From Pirellula staleyi DSM 6068 (lineage in GTDB: Bacteria; Planctomycetota; Planctomycetia; Pirellulales; Pirellulaceae), in NCBI GenBank assembly GCA_000025185.1, contig CP001848.1, forward strand, positions 2,070,001 to 2,102,000: a stretch of 32,000 nt of DNA. The letters run 5' to 3'. The position numbers and the translations under genes were made by a program. Below, piece after piece: positions 22,986 to 31,608 of the stretch; positions within the stretch are counted from its first letter, which is position 1, and each line of letters starts with the position of its first letter. A model generated the notes under the pieces. It saw only the letters and a program-made list of their open reading frames with translations, had not been told where the DNA came from and did not search any database.

Positions 22986-24518
22986 CTACTCGGGAAGTGG
23001 TTTCCCCTTGGTTTCCGGGAGAAATGGAATCGCCAGCAGACCGACGAGAAACACGGTGCACATTGCGACACCCGCATAGCGGAGCGGATCGGAGGTGTCG
23101 ACAAAGAGGCCTTCGAGGTATGACTTCACGAGTGGTCCACCAGCAGCGAGGAAGCGGCCGACGTTGTAGCAGAAGCTAGTGCCGGTCGATCGTAAGTGCG
23201 TGGGGAAGAGTTCGGGAAAGTAGATTGCGTAGCCTGCAAAGAGCGACAGCTGACAGAAGCCCATCAGCGGTGCGAGCAGGAAGAGCTGATTGAAATCCTT
23301 TAGGTAGGCGAACACAGCAGCCGTGCTGAGAAACGCTGCGATAAACGCGATGACAAACGTCGGTCGACGTCCAATGATTTGGGCTACGTAGCCAAATCCG
23401 AACATGCCGAAGAATGCACCAAAGTTAATCATCAGCGACGTATAGCTGCCCCACTTTGCCAGCTGGCCACTGATCGACTTGTCGGCTTCTTCCTTGAGTG
23501 GCTTCAGTGCAGGGGTGATTTCCAAGTTCGACGAAGTGTCTGTCGCAGCAGTCATCAGCAGTTCGAGATCGGCCACTTTCGCCGTTTCTCCAGCAGCTTT
23601 TGCTTCGGCGATTTTGGTCTCATAGACACGTCTGGTGATCTCCGGCCGTTGTACGACGCGCATGAGATCGGGAGCAAAGAACCCTACGGCCCAAAGTCCA
23701 ATCACGCCCGAGCAGGCCAAGAGCAGGCCGAGCAGCGCATGCTTGCGCCACACCGGATGGCCGAAGAGTTCAGCGTAAGAGCCCGACTTACTAGAGACCA
23801 CGCTACTGGTGTTCGCTTTTTGCCATTGTTCGGGTTCTTTCAGTCGACCACGAATCACCAGGGCCAGAAGTGCCGGAAGTGCACCGATGCAGAACATGAT
23901 GCGCCACGGGCTGTAGGGCATGCCAGCTTCTTCGGCGACACCCAGTCCCAGGTTGATGAAGGCCGCCGTCACATTGCCAATCGCCGAGAGAGCTTGCAGC
24001 ATACCGAGGGCATAAGGACGAGCCCGCGCAGGCATCACTTCGGCAACTAGCGCGATGCCGACCGCAAATTCGCCACCAACACCCAGTCCGGTGAGGAAGC
24101 GGTAGAGGGCAAAGTCGTACACCCCAACTGAAAGTGCGCTCAATCCGGTGAAAAGGGAGTAGAGCAAGATGGTGATCATCATCGTCTTGGCGCGACCAAT
24201 CCGGTCCCCCAGCACGCCGAAAAAGACACCACCGAGCGCCCAGCCCGCGAGAAACACCGACGTTGCAATGTTGCCCGCATTGCTCCGACGAATCGTTGTT
24301 TCTTTTTCGGTCTCTTCAGGAGTGAGAGGCTTCACTAGGGAAGCCATCACTGCCGGGCGAGCGAGGACGAACAACTGCTGATCGAGGCAGTCAAACAGCC
24401 AGCCGAGCGCAGCGACGAGTAATACGAACCAGTGGTACTTCGTGAGCGTCAGATACCAAGGGCGTTTGTCGTTGGGATCATCGGGAAGCGAGGTGGGCTG
24501 ATCTTCAAATCCGTGCAT
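22986..24518 (-). CDS. MFS transporter (12-TM) with a long hydrophilic insertion between TM7 and TM8
   Basis: 510 aa starting at ATG 24518, with GGAG upstream. MFS motif A reads GVLGDRIGRAKTMMITILLYS and a 12-helix pattern is present. The central loop is RGRLKEPEQWQK.... An extra hydrophilic segment of about 72 aa covers aa 284-355 (nt 23454-23669). Confidence 0.88.
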   Translation of the reverse strand: MHGFEDQPTSLPDDPNDKRPWYLTLTKYHWFVLLVAALGWLFDCLDQQLFVLARPAVMASLVKPLTPEETEKETTIRRSNAGNIATSVFLAGWALGGVFFGVLGDRIGRAKTMMITILLYSLFTGLSALSVGVYDFALYRFLTGLGVGGEFAVGIALVAEVMPARARPYALGMLQALSAIGNVTAAFINLGLGVAEEAGMPYSPWRIMFCIGALPALLALVIRGRLKEPEQWQKANTSSVVSSKSGSYAELFGHPVWRKHALLGLLLACSGVIGLWAVGFFAPDLMRVVQRPEITRRVYETKIAEAKAAGETAKVADLELLMTAATDTSSNLEITPALKPLKEEADKSISGQLAKWGSYTSLMINFGAFFGMFGFGYVAQIIGRRPTFVIAFIAAFLSTAAVFAYLKDFNQLFLLAPLMGFCQLSLFAGYAIYFPELFPTHLRSTGTSFCYNVGRFLAAGGPLVKSYLEGLFVDTSDPLRYAGVAMCTVFLVGLLAIPFLPETKGKPLPE

Positions 24519-24781
24519 AACTCATGAATCTCCAAAACAGGGTTAGCCCCGCAGTGTAGGTAGCACTCGGAGCGCCCGCAAGCGAAAAACAGGCTGCACG
24601 CGGTAACTCGCCACCTTCATGAGTGGGCCGTATGCCGCTACGATTCGGTCAGGCGTCAGCACTTCGCGCTGGCAGGTGGGGCGAGCGGCTCCTTACGCCT
24701 GGGCGCATCGTGCACGTTCCCCATTTTTTCGGCTGTTTTCTGCACGTCTTTGCTGCTGGTCCCTTTGCAGGAGTTCTCGCT

Positions 24782-26104
24782 ATGAAAACGCTCATTCGCC
24801 ACGCTCAGGTGGTGTTTCCCACTCGGTGCGAGCGTGCGAACGTGCTCGTGGAGAACGGAAAAATCGCTGCCATCGACGCCGCCGAGCATACACGTGCCGA
24901 CGAAACGATCGACGCGCAAGGTCTGCATCTGATTCCCGGGGTGATCGATGATCAGGTCCATTTCCGCGAACCAGGTCTCACGCACAAGGAAGATCTCTTC
25001 ACTGCCTCGCGTGCTTGTGCCAAAGGGGGCGTGACTTCGTTCCTCGAAATGCCGAACACCAAGCCGACCACCACTTCGGTCGCCGCGCTGCATGAAAAAC
25101 TGGCCCTGGCGGCCACCAAGTCGGTGGTGAATTACGGCTTCTATATCGGGGCGACATCGACGAACGTCGACGAACTTAAACAAGCGAAGCGAACGCCCGG
25201 GATCAAGATCTTTATCGGCTCGAGCACAGGTGATTTGCTCGTCGACGAGCAAGCAGCGCTCGAAAGAATCTTCGCCGAAACAACCCTGCCAATCTGCGCG
25301 CATTGCGAGGACGAAACGACCGTTCGCGCCAATGCAGCGAAGTTTGACAGTTCCACGAGCGTGGCCGATCACAGCCGCGTCCGGACGAATGAGGCCGCGC
25401 TCATCGCCACTAGGCGTGCGATCGACCTAGCAGTACGGCACAAGCACCGTTTTCACGTGCTGCATGTGTCGACCGCTGCGGAATTGCCTCTGATTCGCGA
25501 AGCCCGTCCCTACATCACCGCCGAAGCTTGCCCGCACCATTGGCTCTTCTCCACCGACGACTATGAACGTCTTGGAACGTTGGTGCAGATGAACCCTTCG
25601 ATCAAGTCGCCCGAGGATGCGAAGGCGGTCTGGCAAGGACTACTCGATGGTTCGCTGCAGGTGATCGCGACCGATCACGCACCGCACACGCTCGAAGAGA
25701 AAGCCAAGCCCTATCCGCAGTCCCCCAGTGGTTTGCCTGCTGTCGAGAACAGTTTGGCGCTCCTCTTGGATCAAGCGAGTCGCGGTGAGTGCACGATCGA
25801 GCAGATTGTGAGCTGGATGTGCGATGCTCCTGCACGAGTGTGGGATATCGCCAGTAAAGGACGGATCGAAGCGGGCTACGATGCCGATCTCGTCCTCGTC
25901 GACATGCACAAAACCGACACCATTCGCAACGAAAATCAGCTCACCAAGTGTGGCTGGTCTCCTTGGCATGGCAAGCAGATTACCGGCTGGCCGGTGCGAA
26001 CCTTCGTGGGGGGCGTGGAGGTGTTTCGCGACGGCAAAGTCCGCGACGAGGTGCGAGGGAGCGAGATTGCTTTCGACCATACTCGCGGTGGCTATTGGGC
26101 TTAG
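24782..26104 (+). CDS. pyrC: Dihydroorotase (cyclic amidohydrolase, Bacteroidetes/planctomycete-type)
   Basis: 440 aa from ATG 24782, with AGGAG 8 nt upstream. The sequence [13 protein letters not shown]...[46 protein letters not shown] continues to ...ATDHAPH. The track start at 24623 adds 53 non-homologous residues. Confidence 0.85.
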   Translation: MKTLIRHAQVVFPTRCERANVLVENGKIAAIDAAEHTRADETIDAQGLHLIPGVIDDQVHFREPGLTHKEDLFTASRACAKGGVTSFLEMPNTKPTTTSVAALHEKLALAATKSVVNYGFYIGATSTNVDELKQAKRTPGIKIFIGSSTGDLLVDEQAALERIFAETTLPICAHCEDETTVRANAAKFDSSTSVADHSRVRTNEAALIATRRAIDLAVRHKHRFHVLHVSTAAELPLIREARPYITAEACPHHWLFSTDDYERLGTLVQMNPSIKSPEDAKAVWQGLLDGSLQVIATDHAPHTLEEKAKPYPQSPSGLPAVENSLALLLDQASRGECTIEQIVSWMCDAPARVWDIASKGRIEAGYDADLVLVDMHKTDTIRNENQLTKCGWSPWHGKQITGWPVRTFVGGVEVFRDGKVRDEVRGSEIAFDHTRGGYWA

Positions 26105-26236
26105 AAAAAACGTTGGGAGAAGTGATGTACAGCGTGGTACGATAGAGCATTGTTGCGGTCGCTTGTTGCCCCCCGATACGACCACTGCGACCTAGCCTCT
26201 CCCCCTCCCGTTGCACTCCATTGGCTGGAGCCCGCC

Positions 26237-27487
26237 ATGCTGCGTGTTTGGTTCTCGATTCCCGTTGTCGTCGCCATGCTGCTCGGCAACATCGCGCGAG
26301 CTGAAGAGAATTGGCCTCAATTTCGAGGACCTACTGCCAACGCACACGCGTCGTCGCAGAACCTGCCGCTCGAGTGGAGCGAAGAAAAAAATATCACCTG
26401 GAAGACCGCGATTCACGATCGAGGCTGGTCGTCGCCGGTTGTCTTCGATGGTCAGATTTGGCTCACCACCGCCAAGCCTGATGGCAAAAGCATGTATGCG
26501 ATTTGCGTCGACAAAGCGTCGGGCAAAATCCTGCACGACATTCATCTGTGGGATGTCGAGAAGCCGAGTGAGATTCACGCGACGAACAGCTACGCCTCGC
26601 CCACCCCCGTGATTGAAAAAGGGCGTGTCTATGTGAACTTCGGCAGCTATGGCACCGCTGCGATCGACACGGCAAGTGGCAAGGTTTTGTGGACTCGTCG
26701 CGATTTCCCTTGCGAGCATTGGCGCGGTCCTGGTTCGTCTCCAATCTTGCACGAAAACAAGCTGATCATGCACTTCGATGGCTACGACCATCAGTACATC
26801 GTGGCGGTGGATAAAGCGACGGGAGAAACGATTTGGAAGGTCGATCGCAACGTTGAATATGGAACCGACAACGGCGATGTGATGAAAGCGTTCTGCACAC
26901 CTCTCATCATCGAAGTGGGGGGGCAGAAGCAGATCATCAGCAGCACGAGCAAAGCGACGTTGGCCTACGATCTAACGGGCAAAGAAATTTGGCGTGTGAC
27001 CTACAGCAGCTTCTCGTCGACCGGCATGCCTCTCTGGGGGAACGGCTTGGTCTATCTCAACACCGGCTTTGGTAAAGCCGACCTGATGGCGGTGAAGCCC
27101 GAAGGAACGGGAGACATCACCGGCACGAATGTCGTTTGGAAAGTGACGAAGGGGATTGGCAGCAAACCTTCGCAGCTGCTGGTGGGGGATTTGATTTTCA
27201 ACGTTCACGATGCTGGCGTCGCCAACTGTCTCGATGCCAATACGGGCGAGCAAGTTTGGACCACGCGACTCGGCGGCACTTTCTCGAGTTCGCTCCTCTA
27301 CGGCAATGGCCGGGTCTACTTCTGTGCTGAAGATGGCAAGTGCACGGTGGTGGCGGCTGATCGCGAGCTGAAGATTCTCGCCGAAAACAAACTCGACGAT
27401 GGCTTCATGGCAACCCCCGCCGTGAGTGGCGATTCGCTTCTTCTGCGGACCAAAACCCATCTCTACTGTGTGGAACAGCCGAAGTGA
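26237..27487 (+). CDS. PQQ-like beta-propeller repeat protein, secreted (paralog of 3538-4848)
   Basis: 416 aa from ATG 26237, with GGAG 6 nt upstream. Signal peptide MLRVWFSIPVVVAMLLGNIARA is followed by EENWPQFRGPTANAHAS and blade repeats. The stop codon overlaps the GTG start of the next gene (GTGA at 27484-27487). Confidence 0.88.
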   Translation: MLRVWFSIPVVVAMLLGNIARAEENWPQFRGPTANAHASSQNLPLEWSEEKNITWKTAIHDRGWSSPVVFDGQIWLTTAKPDGKSMYAICVDKASGKILHDIHLWDVEKPSEIHATNSYASPTPVIEKGRVYVNFGSYGTAAIDTASGKVLWTRRDFPCEHWRGPGSSPILHENKLIMHFDGYDHQYIVAVDKATGETIWKVDRNVEYGTDNGDVMKAFCTPLIIEVGGQKQIISSTSKATLAYDLTGKEIWRVTYSSFSSTGMPLWGNGLVYLNTGFGKADLMAVKPEGTGDITGTNVVWKVTKGIGSKPSQLLVGDLIFNVHDAGVANCLDANTGEQVWTTRLGGTFSSSLLYGNGRVYFCAEDGKCTVVAADRELKILAENKLDDGFMATPAVSGDSLLLRTKTHLYCVEQPK

Positions 27488-29385
27488 TCTTGCGCGGAAA
27501 TCTCGCTGCCAGCTATGGGATCGCGAGCCTTTTGGCGCTCGCGATCGTCGCAGCAACGAGCGCGCGAGGCGCTGCAGCGGAGGCCGAAGAAGCTTTCTCT
27601 GTAGCCCGAAAAACCTTTGCCGATAATCTCGCCACACTCGCGCAAAAAGCCGACGAACTGGCGATGCCGCGCGAAGCTGCTATCACGCGCGGTTGGCTGA
27701 TGCCGCAGCTGAGCAAGGGCATCGCTCTCGCCATTCCAGCGGCAATCGATCCCACGAAACCGACTGCCTCAGCTCCCGAGCGCTCGCAGCAGTGGTATCG
27801 CAAGTTTCGCGAGTATCGTGCCACGTATGCCGAGGCGCTCGTAGCTTTGGCGTCGAGTCAAATCGCCAGCGGGCAGCCGACAGCCGCCTATCAGTCGCTG
27901 CATTTGGCGCTCCGCGAGAACCCCGAACAGGCTGCCGCGCGCAGTGCACTCGGCTATCGCGCAGCTCCTGCACCTCTCCCCACGATCACATCGCCACGTC
28001 CCACGATTCCGACGATCGATCACCCTCGACTCGGCTGGAAGCGCGGCACCTACCAGCGGCTAACCACCGAGCATTTCCAGATCACATCGAGCGCGCCTGC
28101 TGGTTCGATCACGCGCGCCGCTATGCAACTCGAAGAGCTCCACGCCATCTGGAAGCAAACCTGCTTTGGCTATTGGTCGTCGGGCGAGGCGTTGTCGGCT
28201 CGTCTCGACGGGAAGAACGAATCGCTCGGCGAACTTCCGGGCTCCAGCAAGCCGCTGCAGGTAGTCCTGTTCAAGAATCGCGAAGAGTACCTTGCTCAGC
28301 TCGCCGAGCAGCAACCCAAGCTCGAGCTGACGACCGGCATCTATTTTGGCGATCAGCAGGTAGCCTACTTCTATGCGGATGACGAATCGGCGGAGGTGAC
28401 GTGGCGGCATGAAGTAGCTCATCAGCTGTTCCAGGAAACACCGCGACGGACGAATCTCGCTGAAGATCAAACCAGTTTTGCGCTCGTCGAGGGAATCGCG
28501 ATGTACTTCGAATCGCTCGCGCGCGTTGATGGCTATTACACTCTCGGAACGGTCGCTGCCGATCGACTACAGTTTGCTCGCTACCGGGCGCTCAGTGGCG
28601 ACTATCTCGTATCGATCGAGCAGCTGCTTAGCAAAACGCGCGACGATGTGCAAAGCGACCCCGATATTCGCAAGCTCTACTCGCAATCAGCAGCGGTCGC
28701 ACACTACTTTTTCGAGGGTGGCAGCGCGACCAATCGCGAAGCTTTTCTCGACTACCTGGCTAAGCTCTACGGTGGCGAGCTCACTCCTGCAACGCCCCTT
28801 CCGGCAGCGATTTTGAAGCCCAGTGGCGCTGATTTTCGTCAGCAATTCGTTGGTTTTTTGGATGTCAGCGACCAAGATCTGCTTGCCTGCGTAAGTCCGG
28901 CAACAACGATCAATCTCTCGCTCGGCAGAACAACTGTTACGGATCAAGGACTCGCACAGCTCGGTCAGTTCAAGCGACTAAAGTGGCTCGATCTATCGCT
29001 CACCAAAGTGACAGACACAGGACTTGAGCAGCTCGACCAACTGACTCAGCTCAACCAGCTGTTCTTAGAGGGAACCGCGATTTCGTCGGCATCGATTCCT
29101 GCCATTGCGCGCCTCCGGAATCTCGAAGAACTCGATCTTTCGAAAGTGAACATCGCCGACGACGACCTCGCGAAAATCGCTACACTCAAGCAGCTGAAAG
29201 TGCTCTATCTCGTTGGCACGCCGGTGACCGATGCAGGGCTCGCCAAGCTGGTTTCGCTTCAGAACCTCGAAATGCTCGACTTGCGTGGCACGCGTGTCTC
29301 GGCAGACGCAGCTGAAAAGTTGAAGTCGCGGATCAAGTCGCTCGCGAATGTTTTGCTCGATAGCTCCCCGTCTAACGTACCTTAG
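27484..29385 (+). CDS. Secreted putative zinc metallopeptidase-like protein (HExxH, DUF1570/peptidase-MA-like) fused to C-terminal leucine-rich repeats
   Basis: 633 aa with a GTG start and a signal-like N-terminus (ASYGIASLLALAIVAATSARGAAA). HEVAH occupies aa 309-313 (nt 28408-28422), with a downstream Glu in LVEGIAMYFE (E336). Five to six LRRs of about 24 aa occupy aa 475-610 (LKWLDLSLTKVTDTGLEQL / LEELDLSKVNIADDDLAKI / LKVLYLVGTPVTDAGLAKL / LEMLDLRGTRVSADAAEKL). Confidence 0.8.
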   Translation: MILRGNLAASYGIASLLALAIVAATSARGAAAEAEEAFSVARKTFADNLATLAQKADELAMPREAAITRGWLMPQLSKGIALAIPAAIDPTKPTASAPERSQQWYRKFREYRATYAEALVALASSQIASGQPTAAYQSLHLALRENPEQAAARSALGYRAAPAPLPTITSPRPTIPTIDHPRLGWKRGTYQRLTTEHFQITSSAPAGSITRAAMQLEELHAIWKQTCFGYWSSGEALSARLDGKNESLGELPGSSKPLQVVLFKNREEYLAQLAEQQPKLELTTGIYFGDQQVAYFYADDESAEVTWRHEVAHQLFQETPRRTNLAEDQTSFALVEGIAMYFESLARVDGYYTLGTVAADRLQFARYRALSGDYLVSIEQLLSKTRDDVQSDPDIRKLYSQSAAVAHYFFEGGSATNREAFLDYLAKLYGGELTPATPLPAAILKPSGADFRQQFVGFLDVSDQDLLACVSPATTINLSLGRTTVTDQGLAQLGQFKRLKWLDLSLTKVTDTGLEQLDQLTQLNQLFLEGTAISSASIPAIARLRNLEELDLSKVNIADDDLAKIATLKQLKVLYLVGTPVTDAGLAKLVSLQNLEMLDLRGTRVSADAAEKLKSRIKSLANVLLDSSPSNVP

Positions 29386-29439
29386 CAGCCATCTTTTTCA
29401 GCAGACTTTAACCACACTTCCGCAGAAGATTTTCCGAAC

Positions 29440-30231
29440 ATGCGTCCCTACGTCCTTGCCGAAACGAACTACGGCTACACCAAAACCAATCAGTATGACG
29501 TTGCTGTTTTGCCACTCGGCGCCACCGAGCCACACAACTTGCATCTCCCTTATGGAACCGACTTGTTCGAAGGGACGATTGTGGGGGAACATATCGTCGC
29601 CGAAGCGCATCGGCGTGGCGGTCGCGTGGTGCTGCTCCCTACGATTCCGTTCGGTACGGAAACGAACATGCAGGAGTTTCCACTCGCGATCAATGTGAAT
29701 CCGAGCACGCTGTTTGCCTTCATCACCGATGTGATTCATTCGTGCATCAAAAGTGGCATTCACAAAATCGTGCTGCTCAACAGTCACGGCGGTAACGAAA
29801 TGAAACCGCTGCTGCGCGAACTGGCGGACAAGGTCGACGCCTCCCTCTTTTTGTGCAACTGGTATCGCGTGATTGCCGACGTCGAGTCGCAGATCTTCGA
29901 GCATCGCGAAGATCATGCCGGCGAGATGGAAACGAGCTTCGGGCTCGCGTATTTTCCGCAGTTTGTGGCTAGAAATGCCAATGGCACGCTCGCCGCCGAT
30001 AATGGGAGCACCGCCCCTAGTCAGTTCGAGGCGATCAACAAAGGGTGGGTTTCGATCACGCGTCCTTGGCACTTGCTGACGACCAATTCAGGCTCGGGTT
30101 ATCCGCATGCAGCATCGGCCGACAAAGCGAAGCGGATGATGGATGTGCTGGTCGAGCGGCTCGGTGGTTTTCTTTACGATTTGTCGATTGCTCCTCGTGA
30201 AGGGCGTTTTCCGTTTGCCGATCACCTGTAG
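29440..30231 (+). CDS. Creatininase-family amidohydrolase
   Basis: 263 aa starting at ATG 29440. The family metal and active-site blocks are LPLGATEPHNLHLPYGTD, LLNSHGGN and EDHAGEMETS. Confidence 0.85.
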   Translation: MRPYVLAETNYGYTKTNQYDVAVLPLGATEPHNLHLPYGTDLFEGTIVGEHIVAEAHRRGGRVVLLPTIPFGTETNMQEFPLAINVNPSTLFAFITDVIHSCIKSGIHKIVLLNSHGGNEMKPLLRELADKVDASLFLCNWYRVIADVESQIFEHREDHAGEMETSFGLAYFPQFVARNANGTLAADNGSTAPSQFEAINKGWVSITRPWHLLTTNSGSGYPHAASADKAKRMMDVLVERLGGFLYDLSIAPREGRFPFADHL

Positions 30232-30318
30232 CGCAGCGAGGACGATCTCGGCTACAGTAGTCGGTTCGTTGGTTTGTCCGTGATCGATGGTTTTGATCTT
30301 TTGACAGATGAGTGTGCG

Positions 30319-31605
30319 ATGGTTCCCAGTCGGCGGCCGCAAGGTTTTTCGAATTCCGCAACATCCCCACGTCCGCTGGTTCCAGCGCCAGGGGAAGAGA
30401 TTCCAACCGCGCGCGTGAAGAGCGTTGGACGCCATCCCACGATCTATCGCAAACGTGTCGAGGATGTCGATCGTCATGCTAAGCCGGGCGATCTGCTCGC
30501 GGTTTACGACCTCGATAATCAAATGATCGGCTACGGTCTGTTCAACCCGCGCAGCGAAATCGCGATCCGGATGATTCGCTTCGAGTATGAGTTGCCCGAC
30601 GATCAGTTTTGGGACGAACTGCTCAAAAGTGCCGTCCAGCTGCGCCGCGATGTGCTGAAGCTCGACGAAGTGACCAACAGCTACCGTGTGATTCATGCCG
30701 AAGCGGATGGATTGCCGGGACTTGTGGTCGATCGGCATGGGAGTGTCTTGTCGGCTGAAGCGTTCAGCTTGGCGATGTACCAACGTGCGCCAGAAATTCT
30801 CGAGCGACTCTCGAAGCTGCTGGGGACCGAGCAAACCATTTTGCGGACCTCCCCTGCCTCGCTCGCACAAGAAGGATTTGAAGCCGAGCCGGTCATCACC
30901 GGCACCATGCCTTCGCGCGTGGTGATCGAAGAGTTTGGCACACGCTTCAAGGTCGATTTTGCCGAGGGGCATAAGACTGGATTCTTCTGCGATCAACGCG
31001 AAAATCGGAAGCAACTCGCTAGTTTTTGCAAAGATAAGACAGTGCTCGATCTCTGCTGCTATACCGGCGGATTTGCCGTGCAAGCAAAGAAACTGGGTGG
31101 GGCGAGCGAGGTGATTGGCGTCGATCTCGACGAAGAGCCGCTGAAGCTTGCGAAAGAAAATGCCAACCTCAATCAGGTCCGCTGTCGCTTTGTGCAAGCC
31201 GATGCGTTTGCCTACATGCGCGACATGCAAAGTTCGGGTCGCAAGTTCGATGTCGTGGTGCTCGATCCTCCGAAACTGATTCGCTCGCGCGCTGAAATCG
31301 AAGAGGGAACGCGCAAGCACTTCGCGCTCAACCGTCTGGCGATGCAACTCGTCGCGCCGGGCGGAGTGATGCTCAGCTGCACTTGTGCGGGACTGTTGCC
31401 ACTGAGTGAATTTCTGCAGCTCATCTATGCCGCAGCGCGACAAGCGGGGCCTGAAGTGCTCGCAGCCACAGAGGAGCATAAGGCGCGTTATGCAGCGCGG
31501 CAGGTGCAGATTTTCTCGAAGTCGGGAGCTGCCGCCGATCATCCGGTCGCGACCAATTGCCCCGAAGGGGAATACTTGCAAGCGGTTTGGATGAGGCTGA
31601 TGTAG
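30319..31605 (+). CDS. rlmI: Class I SAM-dependent rRNA methyltransferase, RlmI/YccW-type (PUA-like N-domain + MTase)
   Basis: The sequence contains GRHPTIYRKRVEDV...GDLLAVYDLDNQMIGYGLFNPRSEIAIRMI (PUA-like), GFFCDQRENRKQL, VLDLCCYTGGFAV (SAM motif I), VVLDPPK and SCTCAG. The start is uncertain: ATG 30319 is used here and the track start is TTG 30274. Confidence 0.8.
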   Translation: MVPSRRPQGFSNSATSPRPLVPAPGEEIPTARVKSVGRHPTIYRKRVEDVDRHAKPGDLLAVYDLDNQMIGYGLFNPRSEIAIRMIRFEYELPDDQFWDELLKSAVQLRRDVLKLDEVTNSYRVIHAEADGLPGLVVDRHGSVLSAEAFSLAMYQRAPEILERLSKLLGTEQTILRTSPASLAQEGFEAEPVITGTMPSRVVIEEFGTRFKVDFAEGHKTGFFCDQRENRKQLASFCKDKTVLDLCCYTGGFAVQAKKLGGASEVIGVDLDEEPLKLAKENANLNQVRCRFVQADAFAYMRDMQSSGRKFDVVVLDPPKLIRSRAEIEEGTRKHFALNRLAMQLVAPGGVMLSCTCAGLLPLSEFLQLIYAAARQAGPEVLAATEEHKARYAARQVQIFSKSGAAADHPVATNCPEGEYLQAVWMRLM

Positions 31606-31608
31606 ATC

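Noticed and set aside
24520-24624. A 9-bp inverted repeat, ACTCATGAA / TTCATGAGT, 87 nt apart in the MFS/pyrC divergent region.
   Set aside because: By rough estimate the expected chance occurrence in a region this size is about 0.1, and there is no nested structure. It is too weak to call an operator or an RNA element.
24896-24975. The dihydroorotase metal-binding motif reads D-D-Q-V-H instead of the classical D-x-H-x-H, which could suggest an inactive PyrC-like protein.
   Set aside because: As I recall, the signature [15 protein letters not shown] is the norm in the Bacteroidetes-type dihydroorotase subfamily, which is active. The Gln is therefore a subfamily trait, not evidence of degeneration. 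An alignment to that subfamily would confirm this.
24656-25372. Other long antisense ORFs: 24656-25372, 26192-26791, 26972-27637, 29398-30072, 22091-22693, 23379-24050, 8684-9256, 3763-4287 and 4297-4818.
   Set aside because: Each lies opposite a gene with clear family motifs. Each has the Arg/Gly/His-rich or otherwise skewed composition typical of antisense frames in GC-rich DNA.
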